Origin: a virus
Taxonomy: Duplodnaviria > Caudoviricetes
Length of the DNA stretch: 36,727 nt
Reading direction: 5' to 3' (one strand)
Virus record (IMG/VR): IMGVR_UViG_3300020043_003766
Span: 1 to 36,727 of that record
Numbering within the stretch: the stretch's first letter is position 1; the number at the start of each line of letters is the position of its first letter. Below are positions 18,827-27,319 of the stretch, piece by piece. A program made the translations under genes and the position numbers. The notes below the pieces were generated by a model. The model made no database searches, was not told the DNA's origin, and saw nothing but the letters and a program-made list of their open reading frames with translations.

Positions 18827-19030
18827 CTCTGACCACCGCTCAGCCCAATGTTTGTAAGGGTTTGACCAAAAGGTGGTCAGAGAGGCACGTAAAAAACATA
18901 GCTTCCCTAGAAAAATATTTTTCAAAATCCCATTTTTTTTATTTTGTAGTTCTGGAAAAGTCTTTGACTTTCTCTGACCACCTGACCACCTTTTGCCTTG
19001 CGCCCAATGATAGCGCGCCTTTAGAGGTGG
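18827..19030. repeat. Iteron-like repeats, putative replication origin
   Basis: CTCTGACCACC at 18827 and 18972, inverted at 18872-18882, and CTGACCACC at 18982. GCCCAATG occurs twice, with an AT-rich spacer between units. Directly downstream of the primase gene. Confidence 0.65.
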
Positions 19031-20837
19031 CGTTGTATCGTTGGTGATCAATGCCGAGCACATTAATGGGCAAGATTCGGCGGTTTCCTGTTGGATCTGA
19101 GATAAGGCCGAGGTCGTTGGTAGTCCCGGCTAAGACGGCCAAGCGCTTCAAATCTCTATGCGTGCGCCCATAAGGCAAGCGAATTGAAAAAGACGCCTTA
19201 CTCGTTAACTCCTTAAATCGTTTGGCCTCAAACTTGGATTTACCACCAAATTCATCATCCATTATAATGAGCTTTTTGGTTAACAAAATATCATCATCCT
19301 TGCCCCCATCCAGTTTAGACTCGGCGTAATAGTTTGCGAGGGGCTTGGGCAATAAACGCCTAAAAAACTCAGTTTTACCCGTATTCTGTCGCTCGCCTGC
19401 CAATACCAATACCAGGGGCGAGGTATGGCCGTAAACGCTGGCAATCATTCCAACGCCCCAGTGAGTTAAGTATTTTGCAACGTGTGGCGTGGTTGTTTCG
19501 ATGCAAGCGGCCAACTCATCAATAATTTGCTGGCTTCGCTGTACCGACTCATTAGCCTTTAAAAAGTCCTCGAATGGGTTGTAATAGCGGGTGAGTTCTG
19601 AGTAAATAACCCTGCAAAAAAACTCAAATGATATTTTGTTGTCTGTTAATTCTGAAAATTTCAAATACATCGTATTTAACGACATATCATCGATTTGCTT
19701 TGGCCTGTTGTTAAATGTTACTGAGCGGTCCTCAATATCTGCCGTGATCGTATTATAGTGCAATTGGTGGTTGTTTTGAAGATACAACTGGCACAAAGCT
19801 ACGGGCGTTTGCCCTGTGAGTTGCAGCGATACATTGGCCTCAAAAACTGCGGCGGCGGTTTCTGTGGCCTTTTCAACGTCCATTCCACTCAGGCGCGCAA
19901 TCTCAACAACCGACTCCTGAGCACGCCCTTGCTTTTTGGCCATTTTGGCGATGTTCTCCAACTTCACAGCCTGCTGGCTTTTCAACTCAACGCCTGCTTG
20001 TTTAGCGTAATAGTAAAAGGTGCCGATTGCTATTTTGCTTTGGCCTGTATCGCGTAGGCAATAATTATACTGTCTATCGGCCTTAATATGATCATATTTG
20101 CTATTTTGGGCGGCGATGGCGTGGAAATACTCCCTTCCTCGCTCTCCAAACTCTGAGGCCAAAGCAAAGCCAATGTCTAGGTAGTTTTTGTACGCCCCCT
20201 CTGTCAAGTCATAACCGCCTCGGCAAATCCTATCTATCAGCTCATCAAACTCGTTGCCTGTGAGCACTGTGTGCACTTGCTTGGGCTTGGCTTCCTTTTT
20301 CGGGTACTCTTTGAACGTCTTAGATGCCTCGTTGACGTACAACAACGGATCATAGGAAAGGAACCGCAACCGGCTCACATTCTTACAACTCTGGTCTATA
20401 AGTTGGCCATAATTGCGAAAATAGTACTGCTTGAGCCCGTTGAACGCATCCAAATGCCGCTCTGGCTCAATCTTAACTAATGCTGCCAATCCATTGCCCG
20501 AAACGGATAGCAAAGCGGCAAAAGTATATGGATCTTTGGCCAGTTCATCCTTTAGCCGAGCCACATCTTCCACCGCGTCAAAATCGATACAAATTAGCCC
20601 TGAGTGTTGGATGAGGTTTGCATTGCTTACATTATCCCGGAAAGTCCCCGAAATCGTAACCGCTGGAATCCGTTGTTTTGCCTCGGCCTGCTCATCTTTA
20701 CTTAGCGCCTTGGTATTCCTGTACGCCTCAATTAAAGCCAAATGCTGCCCTGAGCGGACCAATGCAAAATAGTCCGCTATTGTTATTGTGTGGTGCTTTG
20801 CCGATTGTCTTATATTCGGCAGGTAGGTTATTTGCAT
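18939..20837 (-). pseudogene. Second primase-helicase copy, 3'-truncated at the inversion junction
   Basis: Near-identical to 16649..18814 up to ...GIDH.RYN, then reads into the antisense ori sequence; lacks about 120 C-terminal aa. Confidence 0.85.
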
Positions 20838-21007
20838 ATTGTAATCTTCAGTAAATGCTCAGTAAGCGTGCAAAGTATTTGCCCGTTCAGTTTAGCGTCG
20901 CGAATATACTCGCCCTGATCATCGTGTAGGTAAATTGCCTTAATTAAAATTCCCTCTGGCACAACTTCAACGTGTGCAATTTTTGCGTGTGTTGGTTTAT
21001 TTTTCAT
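20828..21007 (-). CDS. Hypothetical protein (allele of 16482..16658)
   Basis: MKNKPTHAKIAHVEV...KITICK. Confidence 0.7.
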   Translation of the reverse strand: MKNKPTHAKIAHVEVVPEGILIKAIYLHDDQGEYIRDAKLNGQILCTLTEHLLKITICK

Positions 21008-21149
21008 CTTTTTGCTGTCTTTTTTTCCATTCATCAATTACTTTTTTTATGGCTTCAGTGATCGTGCTGGCTTTTTGCATAGGAATATCGGAACCTTGCC
21101 GCCATTCATTGTAATAAGCCAAAATAATGATTGCCTCCTTTTCGCTCAT
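20997..21149 (-). CDS. Hypothetical protein (50 aa) present only in arm B
   Basis: MSEKEAIIILAYYNEWRQGSDIPMQKASTITEAIKKVIDEWKKRQQKDEK*; overlaps both neighbours. Confidence 0.65.
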   Translation of the reverse strand: MSEKEAIIILAYYNEWRQGSDIPMQKASTITEAIKKVIDEWKKRQQKDEK

Positions 21150-21367
21150 AACAGCTTTTCATTACCATCGCCCAACTTAATAAATCCCGAGTCTTTTGTT
21201 GATCCAGTGGCGCGGATGAAATCCACCTCCAACTTTGCCGAGTTTATAATAACCTGTCCAACGTCGGCCATTGCCTTCGCCGTTGCTATGTCAATATCGC
21301 CATCCTTTAGGCGTTCCAGTGTTTCAAATAAGTGATCACGGAGATCGTTAATTTTATTTCGTGCCAT
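21146..21367 (-). CDS. Hypothetical protein (allele of 16264..16485)
   Basis: Identical 73-aa protein. Confidence 0.75.
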   Translation of the reverse strand: MARNKINDLRDHLFETLERLKDGDIDIATAKAMADVGQVIINSAKLEVDFIRATGSTKDSGFIKLGDGNEKLL

Positions 21368-21962
21368 TTTTTTCTAATTGGTTAATTTTTCGTGTAATAC
21401 TTTTTTTAATGTGCAATACTTCCCGCAATTCCTCGGGCAAGTTTTTGATGTTGTTGCGCCTCATATGCTCGTGGCGGTCGATTAGCTCGAGATTGTCCAG
21501 CGCGATGTTGGCCTTGTTGCGGTCTTTGAATACCACAAAAAAACCTTTAGGCACTGGGCCGTTAATTGCCTCCCACATCAATACGTGCACCAATTTAAAG
21601 CCGTTGGCCGTCTTTTCAACAGTGTAGCCATCTCGGGTACTTCGGTAGCCTATCGGCTTTGTATTGTGCGGATTTTGCCCCTTCTTAAATTGGGTTTCAA
21701 CTCCGCCCATCATTACGCCTTTGGTGCCTTTGTTCCAGCTTGTCATTCCCTTTTTAAATTGGGTTGCCGGGTGCCCTTTGAAATTGGCTTTGTAGTATTG
21801 ATGCAAAAAGTCTGTGCTTTTGTTAACGCCAGTATTTTGCTGTTTGTGGTAGATCTGCGCAACTGAGCAACCGAATCGCTCGGCCAAATCCTTTGCCATT
21901 GTAGTTGGGTAAAGCTGCACAAATTCTGCCGTTTCGGCTTGGGTCCATCTTTTCCGTTTCAT
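21354..21962 (-). CDS. HNH endonuclease (allele of 15669..16283)
   Basis: Same motifs with scattered substitutions. Confidence 0.8.
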   Translation of the reverse strand: MKRKRWTQAETAEFVQLYPTTMAKDLAERFGCSVAQIYHKQQNTGVNKSTDFLHQYYKANFKGHPATQFKKGMTSWNKGTKGVMMGGVETQFKKGQNPHNTKPIGYRSTRDGYTVEKTANGFKLVHVLMWEAINGPVPKGFFVVFKDRNKANIALDNLELIDRHEHMRRNNIKNLPEELREVLHIKKSITRKINQLEKNGTK

Positions 21963-22153
21963 TCCTTTATTGCATAAGTTACCTCAATCCCAAAAGCGTT
22001 ATGGCCTAGCGTTGTTTCTTTAAAGGCCTTTTTCATTACCTTCACCCACTGCGCTTCAGGCAAACTGATTCCTTGGATAAACTCCTGTATTTCGGTGCTG
22101 TTGTAGCTCTTATCCGTGTGCTCGATTTCTACTGTGATTACAAATGTTTTCAT
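21959..22153 (-). CDS. Hypothetical protein (allele of 15478..15672)
   Basis: Identical 64-aa protein. Confidence 0.75.
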   Translation of the reverse strand: MKTFVITVEIEHTDKSYNSTEIQEFIQGISLPEAQWVKVMKKAFKETTLGHNAFGIEVTYAIKE

Positions 22154-22296
22154 TTCTTCATCATCAAAATGTACCTAACACCCGACTGGCTGTAACCCAA
22201 CCGCTCGGAAATCTCCCTAATTGAATACTTTAGATCCTGCCGCATAATCAATACGGCATACTGTTTCGGCGTGTAGCCGTTTAAATTTAGTTTCAT
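22150..22296 (-). CDS. Small HTH protein (allele of 15335..15481)
   Basis: MKLNLNGYTPKQYAVLIMRQDLKYSIREISERLGYSQSGVRYILMMKK*. Confidence 0.75.
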   Translation of the reverse strand: MKLNLNGYTPKQYAVLIMRQDLKYSIREISERLGYSQSGVRYILMMKK

Positions 22297-23684
22297 AATT
22301 TTACTATAAAATTTTTAACTGCGCCACCTTCGGCGAATTCTCTCTCCCTGCGATTGGTATAGCCCTGCGTATAGCCTTTTGCATCCCAGAACCTACGCAA
22401 CTCGCTGTAGTTTGCATAATACAGCACCCGCTCAATAAATGCCTGTTTGTAGTTTTTTCGGCTTTTAAGTTCCCATAAATCGGCTGGCGTTTTGGCAATC
22501 TCAAACAGATATCGGCCGTTGAGTTTTTCGTAGGCCATCAATTCCAGACTGCCGCGCTCGGCTTTCTTTTCGGTTGCAAATGCCTCACCGCAAAACTCAC
22601 AGAAGCGAGCGGATGCGTAGAGCACAGCACCGCAGCACGGGCAATCCTTAACAGGTGCCACGCCTTGCCCTTTCTTATTCTCCATCCCAGCGAATGCCTT
22701 ACCCCAATCGCGTGCCTCCTGCCAGAATCCTAAGCGGTGCACATTCTCGCCAAAGTCAAGGATAGTGAACGCCGATTTGTTGGCCGTCGGCCGCGATCCA
22801 CGCCCAACCATTTGAAGCCAGAGCGCTACGGATTTGGTAGCCCTGTTCACAACCACAACCTCAATATCTGGGCAATCAAAGCCAGTTGTAGCAATTCCGC
22901 AATTAACGAGGATGCCATATTTGCTAGCGGTAAATTCCTCTATTAGGTCAGCCCTTTCTATTGCGCTTTGTTTTGAGTGAACGCAATAAACCCTCCCCTC
23001 TCCCAACTCCTTGGCGAAAGCCTCGGCCGTATTGATACTAGCCTCAATGTTCACGCAAAACACAATCGCCTTCTTATTCCTCCAACGCTTGCAATACTCA
23101 CTCACAACTCCCTCATAAACTTTCGGGCGATTAAAAGCGTCATCCAATCCCTGCGCGGTAAATTCCCCCATCCTCGTGGCAATCTTTGACGTGTCTACTG
23201 GGTGCATTGCGTAGGTTATAGGATTGCAGAGATAGCCCTGCGCGATCAGTTCACCAATCCCTACCGAGTTAATCAGTTTGCCATAGCTTTGGGCCATTGG
23301 TGGCTTACTTACTGGCGTTGCAGTTGCGCCGATCACAAAGCCCTCAAAACCCTCCAGAATCTTGCGAAAGTTTCCAATGTGGGCCTCATCAATTACGAGC
23401 AAATCGTAACTGCTGAGATTCACAACCCCGCGCTTTATTTGATTGTTAAGCGTTTCCACCATCAAAATATCGCAGCGGTTTAATTTGCCCGCTTGGCTTA
23501 ACAACTCACGCCTGTGGGTAATGATTGCCACCCTGCGCCCCTTTTCTAACACTCTACGCACAATCTCCGAAAATACAACTGTTTTACCCGCTCCAGTTGG
23601 AAGGCATAGCACAACCCGCTTAGCCTCCTTAAAAGCCCCGCGGATCTCATCAACTGCTGTCAATTGGTAAGGCCTTAGTTGCAT
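22293..23684 (-). CDS. SF2 DEAH helicase (allele of 13947..15338)
   Basis: All helicase motifs intact; 463 aa. Confidence 0.9.
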   Translation of the reverse strand: MQLRPYQLTAVDEIRGAFKEAKRVVLCLPTGAGKTVVFSEIVRRVLEKGRRVAIITHRRELLSQAGKLNRCDILMVETLNNQIKRGVVNLSSYDLLVIDEAHIGNFRKILEGFEGFVIGATATPVSKPPMAQSYGKLINSVGIGELIAQGYLCNPITYAMHPVDTSKIATRMGEFTAQGLDDAFNRPKVYEGVVSEYCKRWRNKKAIVFCVNIEASINTAEAFAKELGEGRVYCVHSKQSAIERADLIEEFTASKYGILVNCGIATTGFDCPDIEVVVVNRATKSVALWLQMVGRGSRPTANKSAFTILDFGENVHRLGFWQEARDWGKAFAGMENKKGQGVAPVKDCPCCGAVLYASARFCEFCGEAFATEKKAERGSLELMAYEKLNGRYLFEIAKTPADLWELKSRKNYKQAFIERVLYYANYSELRRFWDAKGYTQGYTNRREREFAEGGAVKNFIVKL

Positions 23685-24118
23685 ATCCCGAGCAGCTCCT
23701 TTACTGTGTTGTAAATCTTCTGCACTGACTTATCGTATTCCAAAAAATCCCGCATCCTGCTATAACTGTTAATCGCTGTAGAGTGATCACGCCCCAAGCG
23801 TCTGCCAATTTCTGAATATCTTAGGGCGTAGTGCTGGCGCAGAATGTAAACCAACATATGCCGGGCATCCTTAATGTCGCCCTCCCTGGAAGTGCTTAGC
23901 AACTGCGCAGGGGTTACATCGCAAGCAATGCAAACAGATTGCATAACCTTGGCGAAGTCATCCATCTTGCTAGTAAATTTCACCTGTGGGCGCAGCAGTT
24001 CGTTTTTCAACCTTACCACCTCGGCCTCATATTTTGAAGTCATTTGCAGGATGCGCATTTGTAGCTCCTTATTCTCGCGTCTCGCTCTGCTGTATAGTTG
24101 TAAATAATCTGTAATCAT
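23675..24118 (-). CDS. DnaA C-terminal-like HTH protein (allele)
   Basis: GRDHSTAI motif; near-identical to 13513..13956. Confidence 0.8.
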   Translation of the reverse strand: MITDYLQLYSRARRENKELQMRILQMTSKYEAEVVRLKNELLRPQVKFTSKMDDFAKVMQSVCIACDVTPAQLLSTSREGDIKDARHMLVYILRQHYALRYSEIGRRLGRDHSTAINSYSRMRDFLEYDKSVQKIYNTVKELLGICN

Positions 24119-24266
24119 TTGGCTTTATAATTGAATGTCTTGATAGTTCATACTGCTCGGCAACTTTGATATATTCCCTCATTTTGTCGCGCTCTTCGAT
24201 GTTTGTAATCATAAAGCAGGCGTTGTAAATGTGCAGGGAGATCGTTTGTTCTGGTAGGTCAATCAT
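24069..24266 (-). CDS. Hypothetical protein (allele of 13365..13562)
   Basis: Near-identical protein. Confidence 0.65.
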   Translation of the reverse strand: MIDLPEQTISLHIYNACFMITNIEERDKMREYIKVAEQYELSRHSIIKPNDYRLFTTIQQSETRE

Positions 24267-24607
24267 TGCTCACCTCCTCCGTAGGTTTGTTCGTAGTATT
24301 GTTCTGCTATTTGTAAAGGATACCCTTCAGTTTGATTGCATTGCCCTTCATAATGAGCATCAATAATTCTTTCCTTCTCCATTGCTTTGGCTTTGTTATA
24401 CCCAGTAATAAAAGCATTTCTTTCTGAATTACTAAATGGATAAAGTTTCATCGCTAATTCTGCAATATCCACTGCCGTTTGGTGTTTATTGTTTGTCATA
24501 TCAATATTTTTAACATAATCTATCTTTTGTGCAAATGTCATAGGTTCGCTATTGCTAAATTGATTGTTAGGGTTTTCTTGTGGGGGTTGTTGGTTATTGT
24601 TTGTCAT
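24263..24607 (-). CDS. Modular hypothetical protein (MTNN..., internal MTNNKHQTAV, AKAMEKE, YEQTYGGGEQ)
   Basis: ORF track; carries shared blocks. Confidence 0.7.
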   Translation of the reverse strand: MTNNNQQPPQENPNNQFSNSEPMTFAQKIDYVKNIDMTNNKHQTAVDIAELAMKLYPFSNSERNAFITGYNKAKAMEKERIIDAHYEGQCNQTEGYPLQIAEQYYEQTYGGGEQ

Positions 24608-24831
24608 AGTGTTTGCTCCCTTGCGAAAATTTTAAATGTGTTTCCTTTACCATCGTCAAATACAAGATTTGAATAACATGTATTATCAAGTTTGATAATC
24701 AATTCTTTTTTTCCTCCAATTGGTTTGGATATTGGTATTGGATTATCATCATTGAATTGAAATACCCATTCTACATTGTCATAAGTTGCAATTCCGATTG
24801 GCACTGCCGTTTGGTGTTTATTGTTTGTCAT
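24604..24831 (-). CDS. Modular hypothetical protein (MTNNKHQTAV...)
   Basis: ORF track; ATGA overlaps. Confidence 0.7.
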   Translation of the reverse strand: MTNNKHQTAVPIGIATYDNVEWVFQFNDDNPIPISKPIGGKKELIIKLDNTCYSNLVFDDGKGNTFKIFAREQTL

Positions 24832-25124
24832 TGCTCACCTCCTCCGTAGGTTAATGGAACTTCAATTACCTGCACTCCGCAATGGTCTGCGTTATCCCAT
24901 AAAGTAGAATCATCACAATTTAGAATCTCTAATAAATGTCTTGCTTCTTCTTCCGTTGTTTCTTTAGTATTGTAGATGATGAGAGTTCTTTTTGTTTCTA
25001 ATCCTCCCAATGACCTAATATGGTTTTCTATAATTCCATCAATTACGCTTTCATTGTATTTTTCAATGTATGTTTTCATTGATATCATTGAGTTTAATAC
25101 TTGTTGTTCTGTGTATAGTTTCAT
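24828..25124 (-). CDS. Modular hypothetical protein (MKLYTEQQV...TYGGGEQ)
   Basis: ORF track; carries shared blocks. Confidence 0.7.
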   Translation of the reverse strand: MKLYTEQQVLNSMISMKTYIEKYNESVIDGIIENHIRSLGGLETKRTLIIYNTKETTEEEARHLLEILNCDDSTLWDNADHCGVQVIEVPLTYGGGEQ

Positions 25125-25294
25125 TGCTCACCTCCTTTGTATGTTAAAATTTCTTTTTTATTAAATGTAATTTGAGTAAGATTCCAACCGTCCTTATCAA
25201 AAATATTTAATTCAAACCTATCTGCAAATACAATTTTCATTATTGCACTTATCTTATAAATAAGTATCAATGTTCTATTTTTAATTACTCTCAT
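25121..25294 (-). CDS. Modular hypothetical protein (57 aa, ends TYKGGEQ; not in track)
   Basis: MRVIKNRTL...KEILTYKGGEQ*; ATGA overlaps on both sides. Confidence 0.65.
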   Translation of the reverse strand: MRVIKNRTLILIYKISAIMKIVFADRFELNIFDKDGWNLTQITFNKKEILTYKGGEQ

Positions 25295-25509
25295 TTGTTA
25301 CCTCCGTATGTTTGTTCGTAGATAATTTCAATGTCTTTATCTTCGATATTTACAACATCTATAAATTCCTTAGCAAATTCAATCATCTGCTCCTTCTCCA
25401 TTTCTTTGGCTTGTTCAAAAATGTCACCTCTTTTTAAGGAATGCCATTCTGGTTTACGTGTTTGTTTTTCCAACCACTCCACCGCCGTTTGTTGTTTATT
25501 GTTTGTCAT
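25291..25509 (-). CDS. Modular hypothetical protein (MTNNKQQTAVEWL...EQAKEMEKEQ...YEQTYGGNK)
   Basis: Start reassigned to the repeat ATG at 25509. Confidence 0.75.
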   Translation of the reverse strand: MTNNKQQTAVEWLEKQTRKPEWHSLKRGDIFEQAKEMEKEQMIEFAKEFIDVVNIEDKDIEIIYEQTYGGNK

Positions 25510-25676
25510 TTGTTTTCTATATGATTGTACGTTAACTGACATACCCAAGCGTTTTCTAGTTCGTAAATCCCACAAGTCAATAACGCATTATCGTAATCTT
25601 CAAATATCTTCACATTGCCATCGGGATCTTTGAAAAATTCTTTGCTGATAATGTCTACAATGATGTATTTAGCCAT
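25506..25676 (-). CDS. Hypothetical protein (56 aa; not in track)
   Basis: MAKYIIVDIISKEFFKDPDG...NHIENK*; fills the gap with overlaps. Confidence 0.65.
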   Translation of the reverse strand: MAKYIIVDIISKEFFKDPDGNVKIFEDYDNALLTCGIYELENAWVCQLTYNHIENK

Positions 25677-25923
25677 TGTTACCTCGTTGTATTAGAAAAT
25701 GCATCAATTTTGCACCAAATAAAAATCCCTTGTCCCATTCATCCATTAATCCATGAAGCGGTTTAATTCCATTTTTAAGTATTTCCTCATCACTTGGTAG
25801 TTCGATGGGGGTTAGTGAGTTTACAATATCACATTCTTCTGATGTTATTAGATAATGATATTTGTCTGCCATTTGAATAGCCTTAAATACTTGTTCTTCT
25901 GTGTATAGTTTATTGTTGCTCAT
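25669..25923 (-). CDS. Modular hypothetical protein (MSNNKLYTEEQV...LTPIELPSDEEI)
   Basis: ORF track; combines two shared start blocks. Confidence 0.7.
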   Translation of the reverse strand: MSNNKLYTEEQVFKAIQMADKYHYLITSEECDIVNSLTPIELPSDEEILKNGIKPLHGLMDEWDKGFLFGAKLMHFLIQRGNNG

Positions 25924-26137
25924 TGTTATGTAAATTAATCCAGTCGTTAAAAGTTATAGTTGGTAAATTATTTATTACACAATTTGTTATGAAAGTTGCG
26001 TAATGTTCTGCTTGTTGTTTTTGCATTGCTTTGGCTTGTTCAATAACCATTGAAAAAAAATGCTTTTGCTCTTGCGTTAGTGATGGTTCAATAAAGGATA
26101 ATAACCACTCAACGCTACTTTGTTTATTGTTGCTCAT
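25910..26137 (-). CDS. Modular hypothetical protein (MSNNKQSSVEWL...EQAKAM)
   Basis: ORF track; carries shared blocks. Confidence 0.7.
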   Translation of the reverse strand: MSNNKQSSVEWLLSFIEPSLTQEQKHFFSMVIEQAKAMQKQQAEHYATFITNCVINNLPTITFNDWINLHNNEQQ

Positions 26138-26370
26138 AGTCCTGTTGGTTTAGTTAAAGGTTTGTTTAAATCCACATTCGCTGTGTCAGTGCTTGTCATC
26201 ATAAGCAGTGTTGTTTTCCAATGTATCTCACTTTCTTCTGTGATTTGTTCTTTACAAAATTTAATGATTGACAAGTACACCCCTTTGTGAATACTTGAAT
26301 CGTTGTCCATTTGTTTTTGGCAAAATTCAATGATTGAATCCACTGCCGTTTGTTGTTTATTGTTTGTCAT
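26134..26370 (-). CDS. Modular hypothetical protein (MTNNKQQTAV...)
   Basis: ORF track; shared start block. Confidence 0.7.
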   Translation of the reverse strand: MTNNKQQTAVDSIIEFCQKQMDNDSSIHKGVYLSIIKFCKEQITEESEIHWKTTLLMMTSTDTANVDLNKPLTKPTGL

Positions 26371-26740
26371 CTTCTTCTTGTATCAGTTTAAGGTAATACT
26401 TGTGTTGGTATTTGTTTGATGTGTCTACCACCAACTCGTGTTCTTCTCCGCAGTGACTGCACTCTTTGTTTTCCTCAATGTACTCTTGGATGTCGTGATT
26501 GTCCGGCTCCCAATCCTCGTAGGATTCGCGGTCCGTATCAACATTTAGTTTCAAACACTTGCAACACTTCCAACTCATGGACATGTTGTATGTTATCTTC
26601 TCGTTGAGGTTGACTTCTACAGGGCTACCATTCTCCGCTTCGCTGAGAGCGTTCTTCAGTAATGCGATCTGCATCTTGTTGCCTATCTCTAATGGGACTT
26701 CCTTTCCGTCCACATAGAATTTTCCATTGCGTAATATCAT
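26357..26740 (-). CDS. Hypothetical zinc-binding protein
   Basis: CCKC and CSHC pairs; acidic. Confidence 0.65.
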   Translation of the reverse strand: MILRNGKFYVDGKEVPLEIGNKMQIALLKNALSEAENGSPVEVNLNEKITYNMSMSWKCCKCLKLNVDTDRESYEDWEPDNHDIQEYIEENKECSHCGEEHELVVDTSNKYQHKYYLKLIQEEDDKQ

Positions 26741-26958
26741 AGGTTTATGTCATCAAGTAGTTCGCTTTCCTCATCCTCGAAGTATGAGTCATTAAAGTAT
26801 TTAGCCATGTCTCCATGCAACTCGAATGGCTGAGGCTTTTTGATTGATGCGACTCTGTTACGCAACAGCATCTTGAATGCATTGCGAACGTGTTGGTCGG
26901 TCATGTCATCCACGTTGATGACAACACCGGCCCGAGTGGTCCAGTAAAGATTGTTCAT
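26737..26958 (-). CDS. Hypothetical protein
   Basis: MNNLYWTTRAG..I.VDDMTD.H.RN; start reassigned; TATATTTG -7 box at 26990-26997 upstream. Confidence 0.65.
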   Translation of the reverse strand: MNNLYWTTRAGVVINVDDMTDQHVRNAFKMLLRNRVASIKKPQPFELHGDMAKYFNDSYFEDEESELLDDINL

Positions 26959-27013
26959 AGTTCTCCGATAAGATTTGCTTTTGTTACTACAAATATAATA
27001 CAAAAGTATTACA

Positions 27014-27187
27014 TCACTTTATTGATTCTTTTATTTTTTCTTTTAATTCTTTGAGTTCTTCCAACCACTCACCAAGCACTACAATTTTCTGCGGATCTTC
27101 AAACCCGTATCGTTCTTGAACGTCTATGTTCTCTTCAATCTGATCAATGATTGTGTGTAGTCTTCTGAATATTTCTTGGTGTGTCAT
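27014..27187 (-). CDS. Hypothetical protein
   Basis: MTHQEIFRRL..., helical; a palindrome copy lies immediately upstream. Confidence 0.6.
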   Translation of the reverse strand: MTHQEIFRRLHTIIDQIEENIDVQERYGFEDPQKIVVLGEWLEELKELKEKIKESIK

Positions 27188-27319
27188 GGTAGTAAGTGTC
27201 TTCAAAGACACTCAGAACTTCCCTGTTTTGTTGAACAGCATAGCGTTCATGCACTGCCGGTCCAACCAACAAAAGAAGTTCCAAGTCTTTTTGATTGCTT
27301 TAATCATGTTCAAATATAA

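Larger units (their letters stand above)
19028..24271 (-). repeat. Large inverted repeat, arm B (diverged allele of the replication module)
   Basis: Same gene order on the minus strand with many synonymous differences, one extra ORF and a truncated primase. Confidence 0.95.
24263..26370 (-). repeat. Array of small ORFs sharing about 30-bp start blocks and about 25-bp end blocks
   Basis: ATGACAAACAATAAACA(A/C)CAAACGGC(A/G)GTG at 24470-24499, 24802-24831, 25480-25509 and 26341-26370. AACCTACGGAGGAGGTGAGCAATGA at 24263-24287 and 24828-24852, partial at 25121. AAACTATACACAGAA block at 25096-25121 and 25886-25911. Confidence 0.9.

Noticed and set aside
18770-19063. ORFs 18811..19047 (+) and 18770..19063 (-)
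   Set aside because: They span the iteron region and the inversion junction and have no recognisable protein features.
13360-24271. Inverted repeat read as true terminal repeats or a recent in-genome duplication
   Set aside because: The arms are diverged at many synonymous sites, differ by a gene, and one is truncated mid-primase. True ITRs or a recent duplication would be near-identical.
24263-26370. Micro-gene array read as a DGR or shufflon
   Set aside because: No reverse transcriptase or site-specific recombinase is visible. The repeats are direct, and the variable cores are unrelated rather than adenine-mutated copies.
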